Below are positions 1-11,714 of a DNA stretch of 64,000 nucleotides, piece after piece. The first letter of the stretch is position 1. Each line of letters starts with the position of its first letter. The translations under genes and the position numbers were made by a program. This stretch comes from Cetorhinus maximus (lineage: Eukaryota), in assembly GCF_964194155.1 (NCBI RefSeq), contig NC_135887.1, positions 29,264,001-29,328,000 of the forward strand, read 5' to 3'. Below the pieces are notes generated by a model that saw only the letters and a program-made list of their open reading frames with translations, was not told the DNA's origin and ran no database searches.

Positions 1-11
1 TGCAGGCTATC

Positions 12-350
12 AGAACACAGAAACAAGAGTAGGCCATTTAGCACCTCAGTCTTGTTACACCACTCACTCCATATACCTGCCTTAGCCCCATAGCCCTAAG
101 TACTTTGATTTTTGATAACCAATCTCAAATTTAAAATTTACAATTGATTTAGCATCAATTACTATTGCAAAAGGATGCTCCAAATTTCTACCACTCTTTG
201 ATATAGAAGTGCTTCCTAATTTAACTCCTGAAAGGTTTCGTTTCAATTTTTAGATATGCTCTCTACTCCTAGATCTCCCAACCAGAAAGATGTTTAAGAT
301 AGTTATTTTAGCCCTTTGAAGACCACAGTCACAACAGATTCAATTCTAAA
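12..350 (-). mobile_element. Degenerate CR1 LINE 3' fragment
   Basis: Begins gaaacaagagtaggccatt, the reverse complement of the CR1 3' tail gaatggcctactcctg seen in the younger copies (e.g. near 33150, 54745). Confidence 0.6.
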
Positions 351-374
351 CTTTCTAAATATCCAAAAAGCAAG

Positions 375-497
375 AATGTGCAGGGATGCAGGGAGAGGGC
401 AGGGGAATGACACTACGTGAATTGCTCTTTAAGAGAGTCAGCATGGATACAATCGGCTGAATGGCCCTCTTATGCGCTGTAATGATTTTATGATTCT
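375..497 (+). mobile_element. CR1-type 3' tail remnant
   Basis: ggctgaatggccctcttatgcgctgtaatgattttatgattcta resembles a CR1 3' UTR ending in short repeats. Confidence 0.5.
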
Positions 498-1532
498 AAA
501 AAGATAAGATTACAAATATTTGGTTAATTCAAAATAACATCAACTAAATGATTTGGTATTTTGAATTTTCACATGATCCTACTCTGTAACCGCTGGACAA
601 GTCTGAGCGGTGAGCCTTTTAGCTTGTGGTGCCAGGTTACCAACTCTGTCAAAAAAAGGTTCGTTCGGTTCCAATGTCATTGCAGGGCTATTCACTTGGT
701 TCCAATTTGCCCAGCTTATCTTTCCCCATAGAGAACAGTCATCAGTTTGTCTTCAGGCAACAGGTTAAGTGTGCATTTGTGATGTGCTGGCCACCTTTAC
801 ATGCTAGACATCCAAATGTAATGTTGGGTACCCGGCGTACTCATCACCAGCTGTTTCATCTGGATCCTCATGTCACCTTAAGGTACCCCTCTCTCCCAGG
901 ATGTTGAGCAAAGGTTGCCCTACGCTACAGCACTCTCATCCCACAATTGTTCTTTTCAATTTTTTTCATTCATCAACAGGAGCAATCATTTGCTCAAAAA
1001 TTATTTCTAAAACAATACTTTTCATAAATTGGCAAATTATTTCTTGTAAAGCTTGTGCTTGTAAAATTCTAATACCAATCAATACAGGTTACGCATATTG
1101 AAAAATGAAATTAAAAATGATTACTTCTGAAGTGTAGGCAGCATCATACAAAGATATTTATTCCAGAAAATGAATAAAGGAAACAAGTAAGCAATTGGTC
1201 AGAATGAAAGCACAGCACTTGGCAATCCCAACACATGGACCCATGGAGTGATGGGGTGTTGATTTGCTTGCTTGCTCCATTGACTGCCCAATGTCAACCA
1301 GCTCACCATTGGATGCACTGAGCAGAGGCTGCAATAGAACAAGGGAGATTGTTTCTATATTAAATTTTAGCAACATGCTCACAGTGAATAGTTTAAAATA
1401 GATTATGAGTCCTGTGGGGTGCTCTGGCTTTAATGTCATAATAATTAAATCAACTCCTTCACCTGCTTAACACGAACAAAGTGCCAGGATCCCAAACAAC
1501 ATGTATGGTAAGTGTCAAAAAAAAGCACTTAC

Positions 1533-1685
1533 CCTCCATTTTGTGAATTCACTCAGAGAATTTGGACCATATTTAACTTCAGCAACTGCAGTTTTCACAA
1601 AGACTTTTTCAACTGCTTTTATCTCAGCAGCTGTAGGAGGCTTCGAGAGCTGGAAATTGTACTTCTTCTCCCACAAATCAGTTAC
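1533..1685 (-). CDS. LRWD1: LRWD1 coding exon 4 (VTDLWEKKYNFQ...YGPNSLSEFTKWR); gene continues beyond the left edge
   Basis: 153 nt, ag/gtaagt boundaries, phase 0/0, in frame with exon 3. YGPxSLSEFTxWR motif typical of LRWD1. Confidence 0.92.
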
Positions 1686-2259
1686 CTAGAGAAAATTAAA
1701 ACAAAAACTAATGCTCTGATAAATGAATGCTGGCACATTCTTTCTTACAAAAGTTTGGTTCAAAAATCCTCCACCTTTTTCTTGTGATAATCTGAGGTTG
1801 GCAAAAATGATTCTGCTTCAGAATTGGAATTTAGGGATGTAAGGAACGTGGGCTTTTGGGAAGCCAGAATCATCATTTGACGTTCAAGTACAGGGTTTTA
1901 AAAAAAAAAATGGAATGGTATGAAATGTGAAAAGAAACAAATGAAAAATTAGGTGGAGGGCAAACTATCGAGTGAGAGGAAAAACAAAACAGGAATTGTT
2001 CTTTGAAAATCAATTAAAATAGCCAATACAAAGCTCCAAATATATTTTACATAGATTCAAGTGCGTGCCTCAGATAACCACACAAATTGTTAAAAGTCTA
2101 ACATATACTTAACAGCAGCGCATTATTACTCTCCTGTTGTATTTTAAGGATTTATTGTAAATTAACTTAATGGTCTAAAGATGGTATTTTTTTAAAACAA
2201 ATTTAAATCAAGCCCCAATTTCATCAAACAAAAACGATAATCTATTACCATGCACTCAC

Positions 2260-2379
2260 CAAAGACATTAGCCTTCGGCTGTTGACAAATCTCAGGTGAT
2301 TTGCACTGGATGTTATATCTTTGCCATTGAGTCGCCGGAGATTAGGCAACAGGTACATTACCTTGTAGATGTCACAGAT
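2260..2379 (-). CDS. LRWD1: LRWD1 coding exon 3 (ICDIYKVMYLLPNLRRLNGKDITSSANHLRFVNSRRLMSL)
   Basis: 120 nt, tag acceptor and gtgagt donor, phase 0/0. LRR-cap motif LPNLRRLNG. Confidence 0.92.
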
Positions 2380-4107
2380 CTAAAAAGAAATAAACAAGAG
2401 TTACATGTTATCTATGTAATAATGTTATTAAAACATTTCAGATATGATAATAGATTAGCAGAATTTGGGTGTTTTTTCCCCCTGTTTGAAGTTTTTTAGG
2501 ATTCCCCGTCATCGAGGTCACTCGTTTCCAGTTTTTATGGAAAAATGATTGGAATCATCAGAGTAACAGGTCCTCAAAACACCAGTAATATGGTGCAAAA
2601 TATCTTGTAATAAAAATAGAAATGACCAGTCATTTATTTATTTGCTAATTTATAACTCATGGAATGTGATCTTCAAAAAGCCTTTAAAGGTTCTGGAATC
2701 TCACGATAAAAACAGAATCACTATTACCCCATCGCCATGAAACAGTGGCTCTTCACCACCCAATATGCTTTTAGTTTTTCTCTGCATTTTCTGTACTCTG
2801 CTAGGTTTTCTACTATAGAATGAACTTAACATTTATCATAAGCCTCCTTTTTCTATTTAATTTTAATCTCAATTTCTTTAGTCATTCAGGGAGCTCTAGC
2901 TTTGGATATCCTTCCTTTCTCCCTCAAAGAATATAACACAGGACTAAAATGAAGAGGGGGAAGGCAAATAAAACATAACCTAAAATCATCCCTTTTTACA
3001 GCATCTGTAGGACACTGAGGAAGGCAGCAGAAATACATGCGACACGCAAATGGTAACATAAGATGATTTGCTGGTTCTACAAGAACCCATGCTCCAATCC
3101 AAAAACTAAGCCATTTTCACCCTTTTGACTCTTAACAGTTCAAAAAATATAAATTCTTTTAAATAAAGAGGCTGATGGCAATGCTGTGATCTAGCCACAA
3201 TGTAATAATGATTGAAGATACTACAGTCACGGACAGAGGTTCAACCCACCCCACTGCCCAAGGTCCCAGCCTCAGCTGAGTTGTTATGGTGAGGCACTAA
3301 CAGATCTGAGATGCTTTTTCAGAGGAATGGGACCAAAATATCAGAAATAAAGTCGGCCCATGAGCCACTGTCATGTCTCATTACAGTGACTTAGAGGAGC
3401 ATTGCAGCAGGCTCGGAGGCACAAGCTTTGAAATGTTTTACACAATTCTGGTAAGCGAGTATTCTAGTACTTTGCTAAGCCTCACTGTTTCTATATATTG
3501 TTTAACCTGTAAATTAATCTATTAATTTTAGCTTAAACAGCTTGATCTATAAATTTGGTATGTGTCACCTTTTGTAAAAGACAGGAGAATGTGAGAACTA
3601 CATCTCAGCTGTACTACTATTTATTGCAATTAGCAGCCAATTGTTAATACTGGGCACATTACTCCACATACAACATGCAAAAGGGCACAAGCTTGAGATC
3701 ACAGGAAATTGTGACTTTACATACTCACCTATTGCCATGAACACAAGTTAAAGATGCTGTTAAAGCAGAAATATTGAACAGTAAGTGCCTTATCTTGGCC
3801 GTGCCTTAAGGGATTACTTCTCCACAGAGAATTACTTCATTTCCTAAAGACAGAATAAAGAGACAGCCAGGTGTTGCAGAAATGTGTTTGCCTTCTCTGG
3901 GTAGTTAGGCGATGTTATGTGCCATGAAGTGAGGGAGAAAGGCCAGTACACCTGTAGAAGAGTAGAAAACTATATATTTTTTTCAGGGCTGTGTTATATG
4001 GATCTGAAAACAGAATGTTATTCTAGTTAAACCCTTAAAAGCTTTAATGATGCCAAAAGATGATCACAACAGTATTGTTCAACTCAATAATGTTTTCAAT
4101 CACTTAC

Positions 4108-4342
4108 TGTCAAGTACAAGTTATCCTCACAAATCAGGTCCTCGAGATTCTTAAACTGGTTCAGTGATGTAATCTGCTCCATATCATTATTGGCACAGTT
4201 GAGAAGCCTCAGGTTGACAAGTCCCAGGTTGTCTGGAATTTCTGTCAACAGATTTCCAGACACATCCAGTTCTTCCAACATCCGTAACTGGGAAAATAAC
4301 TTTGGATCTAAATCACTTGTTTTCAAATGCAAGTTGGAAAGA
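4108..4342 (-). CDS. LRWD1: LRWD1 coding exon 2 (leucine-rich repeats)
   Basis: 235 nt, ttcag acceptor and gtaagt donor, phase 2/0. LRRs LEELDVSGNLLTEIP and LRLLNCANN lie within ORF 4096..4518. Confidence 0.95.
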
Positions 4343-4830
4343 CTGAATAGAAACAGAAAAAAAATAGACTGATTAAATCTGAAAGAAATATGAACACCAA
4401 CTGAGGTACCAGTACCATTGGAATTTTCCCAGGTTCTACACGAGCAGTTCCTGTTTTGCCTGTCATTTTGCTTAAACAGATTTTTCTTTTCCCAGTACAA
4501 CAATGCACATTCTACCATTCACTGTGACATTAACTACATGCACAGAGGCAAGTTATTCCTCTACAAAATAGAAGTAAATTGTTCTGGAGCTTTGCTCTTC
4601 AAGTATCAGGTTACTGCCCATTTAACATCACCTTACCACTGCCAGTCATATAACAATCTAGCAAGCATTGTAGGTAAACTTAAAAAAAATGCTGGGACCG
4701 AAATGATTTATAAAACTGCTGGTAATTTTCCGAGGCTGAAACTCACTATCACACATGATTTACCCTGACAATTTTAACACATTGAAATAAATTTAGAACA
4801 ACCACTTTTAAGATGATGTTCAGGTCTTTA

Positions 4831-5128
4831 TAAGAGCATAAGAAGTAGGAGCAGGATAGGCCATTCAGCCCTTTTGAGCACGCTCTGTCACTCAACGAGA
4901 TCATGGCTGATCTTCTATTTCAACACCATTTTCCTGCACTATCCCCGTATCCCTTGATGTTCTTTATAGAAATCTATCCACCTCAGTCTTGAACATACTC
5001 AATGTCTGAGTATCCACAGCCTCTGGGGCAGAGAATTCCAAAGATTCACCACCCTCTGAATGAAGAAATTCCTGCTCATCTCAGTCCTAAATAGCCTGCC
5101 CCTTATTCTGAGACTGTATCCCCTGGTT
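4831..5128 (-). mobile_element. CR1 LINE 3' fragment
   Basis: cataagaagtaggagcaggataggccattcagccc...gaattccaaagattcaccaccctctga matches the CR1 3' end in reverse. Confidence 0.85.
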
Positions 5129-5215
5129 TATTTACTGATGCATATTACTTTCAAAATGAATGGCAGATTTTACATGCATTATGTTTTATGAGAAAATTGT
5201 ATCAAACCTTCTTAC

Positions 5216-5295
5216 TTGATTTTCTTGACTTGTCCCAATTTGGAGTGTTTTGGAATTGCTTTTTCAAGCAACAGTTCTTTTGTGATCTTGGCCAT
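5216..5295 (-). CDS. LRWD1: LRWD1 first coding exon (MAKITKELLLEKAIPKHSKLGQVKKI); exon extends as 5' UTR to 5315
   Basis: ATG at 5295, 80 coding nt, gtaag donor. AA+T joins in frame to exon 2. Upstream acceptor ttttttttcaaag ends at 5316. Confidence 0.9.
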
Positions 5296-6111
5296 TCTTG
5301 AAATTGGTTTATAGCCTTTGAAAAAAAATCAGCAAAGTTTCAACTCCGACACCATTCCTTCACTCATTGAAGTTTGCGCAACAGAATGCAAATACACCAC
5401 AGTCCTGATGGCAGGTTTGTAAAGCAATACCTAGTCAAAACCTATTTACCAATATCAAATGCTGCCAGTCTGAAAAATCAACAAACTTCAACTAAATCAC
5501 TTAATGAATTTTTAAAGAATTGAAATTCCAACTATTTCCAGATATCTTTGCAGTAAATGGTAGTGCTAAGCTCACTATAATATGCTCTAAAGTTTTTGAC
5601 GCAGATGTATGGGAACAACAGGACTGAGCTTCACAATGTATCCAATAGAAAGTCATGCTGGTGCTATAAGAGATATCAGGCCTAATTCACCGCAGTGCTC
5701 AAAATTTGCATGAAATGTGCTTTAATGAATGTCAATGAATATTAATAACTTAAAGGTATATAAAATACTAATTTTTGATATTGTTTTGGTGTTCAGAGTT
5801 TCTTGAGAAATCATTTGTCTTTTTATTAAACTTGATAATGGCTCCCTACTTCATTGACTTTCTAAATAGTATTTGGCTTTGTATTTGCAGGGGACCAGCA
5901 AGAACAGATTCCTCAATAATTTCATCTCGGTGCTTGCTCTGAAGTCAAAAAAAGAAGAAATTAATCCGGAATACTATCGGAATTCAGAATTTCAAAAACC
6001 ATCAACTTCTGCAGACAAATGCAATTGTGGAATATTATTCCCAGATCGCTGTGTTTTAAACTAAATCCAATCTATAATCTAATCCCGTATATTACTAAAC
6101 CTAATGATTCA

Positions 6112-6257
6112 CAAATATAATACATGCTCTTAAGTAGAGAATACGGACTCAGAATGTTAACTCTGTTTCTCTCCCCACAGATGCTGCCGGACTGCTGAGT
6201 TTTTCCAGCATTTTCTGTTTTATTTCAGATTTCAAGCATCCGCAGTATTTTGTTTTT
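6112..6257 (+). mobile_element. Short Penelope-like terminal-repeat fragment with 14-bp flanking direct repeat
   Basis: gttaactctgtttctctccccacagatgctgcc...ctgctgagtttttccagcattttctg; aacctaatgattca at 6098-6111 and 6258-6271. Confidence 0.75.
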
Positions 6258-7463
6258 AACCTAATGATTCATGTTTTAGGTAAATGAAGGGGACAACAGG
6301 AGGAATGTTAAATTACAGTGCCACAACTTCCATCATTTTCGGGGGTATTCCTTCACCTATTTTGATGACCTTGTATTTTTCTCCCCTCAAATGAGAGGGT
6401 CTTGTACTTCAGGATAGCCATGTTCTCAAACCACTCCCACTCTCCACTCGCTGATGCACTGCACTCTGGATGAGAAGACCCTCACATCCAAGGCACCTGA
6501 TGTCAACCATAAGCTATGTCAACACAAGAATTCTTCGCCAAGAGTTCTGACACCAAAATGTTCTGATGCACTGGGCTCAATTAAGTGGCCTACATATCAT
6601 ATGTCAAGAGTGCAGAAAATACTGGATTCTCAAGCTGTCATTTTAGCTTGTTTGTATGCACGGTAAATTACTAGTTACACAGAAACAGTGAAGGAATTAC
6701 ACACAGGCTTTTTGGCCCAATGCATCCACGTTGCCCAAACAAAAGTTAACCAATCTAATCCCACCTTCCAGTTAGTTATGCTATGTCCGTCTGTATCCAA
6801 ATTCTGTATATCAACCAGTTGTAAATAATCCTACACAAAATGGGTACAACAAATGATATTTCTCATGCTCCAACTATAAGGTGACAGTGGAATTCACACA
6901 ATCAGTTTTCAGCATAAGGATGTGAAAATTCTGATTATCCAATGGCATAAGATCTCTAATTTATTTAAGTCATTTGCTTACAAAAATTACCAAGCTCAAA
7001 CTAGCGAGCCATCTTTTGTAGTTATAAGCAACTCCTAAAAGGTAGCCTTTTATACGCAATGCAATTGTCAGACCGATTGCATGTCTACCACTTTGATATA
7101 ATCTCCTCCTATTCAGAGATTGTTTAACTTGGATTGTTTGAAATTTTAGCTTGAAACATCTTCTCTTGTTATTTACATCACAATTCAAATGATTGATCAT
7201 TTACATTTTTGGTAATCAAAACAATTTAATTATCCTGTGACCCTATGTAACATGACCAAAATGTAACTATGTAACTAAACATCTGAGGACAGGTTCAGCT
7301 CAATGATCAGATAAAAACGTTTCTGTTTGTTACTTGTTAATACCATAATAAGGTATTAAGATAAGGAGTGATTTTGTTTCCTTGCTGCAGAGAGACAACA
7401 CATCAGGCAGTTATAAATATTTAAACGTTGAATAAATCTAATGATTACAAAATAGATAAATGT

Positions 7464-7612
7464 TGTCAGCTGTGGTTCAGCTGATAGCACTTTGGTAGCA
7501 CTCTAGTCAGAAGGTTGTGGTCCAACTCCAGAGACTTGAGCACGAAATCCCAGCTGACACTCCAGTTCAGCACTGAGGGAGTGCTGCACTGTTGGATGTG
7601 CCACCTTTCAAA
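7464..7612 (+). mobile_element. tRNA-derived SINE 5' part (Deu-domain, SacSINE1-like)
   Basis: gtcagctgtggttcag...agtcagaaggttgtgg...gacttgagcac...actgagggagtgctgcactg; the same family recurs near 25000, 35440 and 62000. Confidence 0.65.
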
Positions 7613-8074
7613 TCAGAAAATGGCCCAGATTTTCCTATGAGAGGCAAAGGGACAGTTTTTTGCTGTTTCCGTTGCATATAGTTTCCACAGACTTTTAGCC
7701 CACTTGTCAGTGAAAATTTCTAATCTTCTGGTGTCTGTTTGAATTCTGTGAGCAGGCCAAGCAGCAAGAAAGCTGTTCAAACAGTCAGACTGAAAAACCC
7801 TCACAGAAAGCAAAACAGGCAGTAGGTCACAGGAAATATCAGTTAAATTTAAATCATTGTAGAGGAAACAAAATAAAGATTGGATCATATACATGTGATT
7901 TAAAAAGTCGTAAGCAAAATTCAAAAACTAAAGTTATTTTAATGTTCATAAAAATCTGCAACATCAATTTTCTTGAGGGAATGAGGCTCTATACTCAAGT
8001 TCAATTTTTCAGGGTCAGAGAGGTTCCTCTGCTAACTGCAAATTTTAATAGGATCAGTGTAACTAAAATAAAAT

Positions 8075-9503
8075 TGTGGATGCAGTGAATAAAGCAAACA
8101 AGCTCACAGAGGATAAAACCCCTAGTCCGTCAGGATTGCATCCACAAATTTTAAAAAAAATCTAGGGAATGTAGATTCCTTCTTGAATCCTTCTTCATAG
8201 GACAAAATAGAACAATTAGAAATGTGAAGTATAATAATGAAGTCAGCATGGATTTCAAAAGGGAAAATGTTGCTTAGTCAACCTTATTGAATTTTTTGAG
8301 GAGGCAAGAGAGAGGGTAGACAATGGTAATGCAGTAGCTGTAATTTATCTGGATTTTCAAAAAGTCTCCGATAAGGTGCCCCATAGTCAGCTAATGAACA
8401 AGGTCAGAGAATGTGGAGTCAGGGGACAAGTGGCAGGATGGATTGCTAGCTGGCTTCAAGATAGCAAGCAGAGAGTGGGAGTAAAGGGTAGTTATTCAGT
8501 GTCAGAAGGTGGGAAGTGGTGTTCTACAAGGATCAGTGCTGGGGTCACTGTTGGTCACAGTTGACATTAATGACCTGGACTTTGGACCCAAAAACACAAT
8601 TTCCAAATGCGTGGGTGACACCAAACTGGGGAGGGGGTATAGTCAATACTGAGGAGGACTACAAAAAAATTCAGGGAGACATTAATAAACTTATAAAATG
8701 GGTAAATAATTGTCAAATGAAGTTCATCATAAATAAATGTGAGGTAGCATATTTTGGTAGGAAAATTAGGGAGGTCACTTAGTCCTTCAAAGTTGTAAGT
8801 GTAGATTGGGATAGAGGAACAAAGGGACCACAGAGTGCAAAGGCATCAATCACTAAAAGTTGTACCACAAATTAACAAGGCCATCAAAAAGCAAACCAAG
8901 CAGAAGGTTTTATTTCTAGGGGGATGGAATTGAAAAGTAGGGAAGTTATGCTGAACCTGTATTGAACTTTGGTTAAACCACACCTAGAGCACTGTGTGCA
9001 ATTCTGGTGGCCATAGTATAAAAAGGATATGGAGACAATGTACAGCGTGTAGAAAAGATTTATAAAGATGATAACAGAAGTGTGGGCCTTTCCATATCAG
9101 GAGAGGACTGACAGGCTGGGTCGCTTTTCTCTTGAGAAAAGAAGGTTGAGGGGTGACCTAAATGAGCTCTTTACAATTCTGAAAGGTTTTGATAGAGAGG
9201 GTACAGAGAGAATGTTTCCTCTTGTGGGAAAGATGATAACTAGAGGCCATCAATATAAGGCAGTTGCCAAGAAATCCAATAGGGAATTCAGGAGAAACCT
9301 CTTTACCCAAAGAGTGATGAGAATGTGGGACTCGCTACCGCAGGAATGGTTGAGGTGAATACTGTATATGTATCCAGGGGAACTGAGACAAGCATATGAG
9401 GGAGAAGGGGATAGATGGTTATGATTGTAGATTTAGATGGGAGAAGGCTCAAGTGGAGCTCAAACTCCAGCATTGACTGGTTGGCCCGACTGGTCTGTTT
9501 CAG
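8075..9503 (+). mobile_element. Degenerate CR1 LINE (RT region to 3' end)
   Basis: Frameshifted YLDFQK...KVPH, WIASWLQDSKQRVG and EKRRLRGDL motifs. Confidence 0.92.
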
Positions 9504-9506
9504 TGG

Positions 9507-9544
9507 TGTGTGTGTGTGTGTGATATATTATATATATATATATA
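9507..9544. repeat. Compound (TG)n(TA)n microsatellite at the junction of two CR1 copies
   Basis: tgtgtgtgtgtgtgtgatatattatatatatatatata. Confidence 0.9.
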
Positions 9545-9551
9545 GAAAACC

Positions 9552-10100
9552 ATACAGGGTGTTGGTGGAGCTGGAGTACTGTGTACAGTTTTGGTCCCCG
9601 TATTTATGAAAGGATATACTGGCATTGGGAGGCAGTTCAAAAGAGATTCACTAGGCTGACTTATCAAGAACGGCTAAACAGTTTAGGCCTTTATTCATTC
9701 GGGTTTAGAAAATTGAGGGGTGATCTTATTGAAATGTACAATATTCTGAGGGGGCTTGACAGGCTGGATGTTGAGAAGATGTTTCCACTAGTGGGGGAAT
9801 CCTGAACTAGGCAACATAGTTACAGAATAAGGGGACACTCATTTAAACAGATGCAAAGGAATTTCTTCTCTCAAGGGGTAGTAAATGCCTGGGATTCTCT
9901 ACCTCAGAGAGTTGTGGAGGCTAGATCACTGAATGTATTTAGAGATAGGTAAATTTCTGAAATATTGGGGAGTTGAGGGCTATGAGGAGTGCACAAAAGA
10001 GTCGAGGCCTGGGGTAGATCAGCCATAATCTTATTGAATGGCAGGGCAGACTTGAGGGGCCGAATGGCCTACTCCTGCTCCTATTTCTAATATTCTTATG
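9552..10100 (+). mobile_element. CR1 LINE 3' fragment
   Basis: LEYCVQFWSPYL and RKLRGDLIE motifs; tail gaatggcctactcctgctcctatttc. Confidence 0.92.
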
Positions 10101-10454
10101 TACATTTGTGTATATGCAATGATGACTATTAGTGTTGAAAACTCATTTACTCCTGATTGAACAAGGCTTCAGTTGTATCATCAGTCTTTGGATAATTAGC
10201 CTAAATTCACACCTTAGCAGTGATTTCTGTGCAGATTCCCATCTGTGGAGACTGCAGCAGCATAGCCTGTGGGGGAGCAGGGCTTAACTGACAGAAATAT
10301 CTTGATTCCCATCCTTAACTACACGTACATACGCCAAAAGTTGCTGGCAGTTTTACCCAGTAGCAAGCAACAGTGAGCTTTGACAGCCTTGTCACAATGA
10401 ACATAGGAAATCCAGGCCATCAAACGGTGTCTCATATGCCCTGGATCCCCCACG

Positions 10455-10650
10455 GTGACTTGGCCAACATTTCATTTCTCAGCCAACATGACTAGAAACG
10501 GATTATCTGGTCATTTCCCACATCGCTGCTTGTGGAATCTCGCTCTACACCAATTAGATGGATGAAGGTTTTCTTACATCGCAGCAATGACCACTCTCCA
10601 AAAGTAATGGATGCGAACGGCGCTATATAAACACAACTTTGTCTTTCTTT
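10455..10650 (+). mobile_element. SINE/L2-type 3' tail remnant
   Basis: gattatctggtcatt...gcttgtggaatctcgct...ggcgctatataaacacaactttgtctttc; same tail near 25215, 48200 and 62210. Confidence 0.55.
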
Positions 10651-10884
10651 AAATGACTGCCATTCACATGATTTTGACCAGAGGCACCAAACCGTAATGA
10701 GCAGTTTCCTCACCTCAACCGGTGCAGATTTTGCAATGGAGCAAATTCCCAAACAGCAACGGGTATCTCGGGCCCGGCCGGTCCGGCTCGATAATATTCA
10801 ATCTTTAAATTATTTAAATCAGGCCCCGCGGTATCCACAGAGACCATACAGTGACTTTCACCGCGTTTGGCCTGGGCTAGTTAC

Positions 10885-10965
10885 CGTCTCTTGGCCAGTT
10901 GCTGCTGGATGCAGTGGAAAGTTTCCGGCCGATTTCAGGCCGAGCTCCGATGCTCGCGTCAGTTA
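10885..10965 (-). other. LRWD1: Putative non-coding first exon of LRWD1 (5' end not defined)
   Basis: CpG-rich zone with minus-strand donor GACG|gtaact at 10885/10884 (alternative CGCG|gtgaaa near 10862). The ATG exon has an upstream acceptor, so a first exon is required. Confidence 0.5.
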
Positions 10966-11416
10966 GCGCATGCGCACTTTTCGCTCTCTGACAGCGGTTG
11001 ACATCTGCGCACTCCCCGCTCTCAGTGACGGCAGTAGCGCCTGCGCACTCTCCGCTCTCTGACGGCAGTTAGCATCTGCGGACTCCCCGCTCTCAGTGAC
11101 GGCAGTAGCGCCTGCGCACTCTCCGCTCTGTGACGGCAGTTAGTATCTGCGCATTCCCCGCTCTCTTAGCGCTTGCGCACTCTCCGCTCTCTGACGGCAG
11201 TTAGCATCTGCGCACTCCCCGCTCTCAGTGACGGCAGTAGCGCCTGCGCATTCTCCGCTCTCAGTGACGGCAGTAGCGCCTGCGCACTCTCCGCTCCGTG
11301 ACGGCAGTTAGCATCTGCGCACTCCCCGCTCTCAGTGACGGCGGTTAGCGCCTGCGCACTCCGCTCAGTGACGGCTGTTAGCACCCGCGCCTGCGCATTC
11401 TCCGCATTCTCCGCTC
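10961..11416. repeat. GC-rich minisatellite of about 13 units (mostly 33-37 bp) in two alternating variants
   Basis: A type tgacggcagtagcgcctgcgcactctccgctctc; B type tgacggcagttagcatctgcgcactccccgctctcag. Confidence 0.95.
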
Positions 11417-11526
11417 TTTGGCGGCTCCAACTCTGGCCTTCTCTGGACCTGATGTAGTGGCTGCTATGGCGGCCTTCCTAGGTTCGGACCGGTGGCTTTG
11501 AGTCGGAGGGGAAGAAATAGGTGACC

Positions 11527-11631
11527 ATGGCCGCGGAGAGCACCGGACAGCCAAACTGCGGCTGCAAAGGGATCCGTTCGTGCCTGATGTGTGAGCGGGG
11601 CAGGCTTGAACGGTTTGCCCAGTTCCAGCAG
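11527..11631 (+). CDS. ALKBH4: ALKBH4 coding exon 1 (MAAESTGQPNCGCKGIRSCLMCERGRLERFAQFQQ)
   Basis: Strong Kozak accATGG; CGCKGIRxCLxCE motif diagnostic of ALKBH4; 105 nt; CAG|gtaaga donor. Absent from the ORF track because it is short. Confidence 0.95.
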
Positions 11632-11714
11632 GTAAGAGAATAAACCAAACACTGGATCTGAGCAGTGAAAACTGATTTATTGATGGGTGAGTGGATAGAG
11701 CAACAACAACAGCG

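Larger units (their letters stand above)
7622..10418. mobile_element. Putative non-autonomous TIR element interrupted by two CR1 copies
   Basis: Imperfect inverted termini ggcccagattttcctatg (7622) and cataggaaatccaggcc (10402-10418). Confidence 0.4.
10760..11640. promoter_or_regulatory. CpG island / bidirectional promoter of LRWD1 (-) and ALKBH4 (+)
   Basis: High CpG density in a CpG-depleted background; GCGCATGCGCA (NRF1 consensus) at 10966-10976; genes diverge from here. Confidence 0.85.

Noticed and set aside
1215-1275. Imperfect hairpin in an LRWD1 intron as a possible miRNA
   Set aside because: Stem is short and bulged; no recognisable miRNA or snoRNA motif.
626-1439. Short ORFs near the window start as further LRWD1 exons
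   Set aside because: No recognisable LRWD1 sequence or convincing in-phase splice sites; the next exon probably lies outside the window.
10961-11416. Repeat array resembling a CRISPR array or a repeat-coding ORF (11166..11384)
   Set aside because: Units are contiguous with no unique spacers, there are no cas genes, the context is eukaryotic, and the ORF is a by-product of the repeat.
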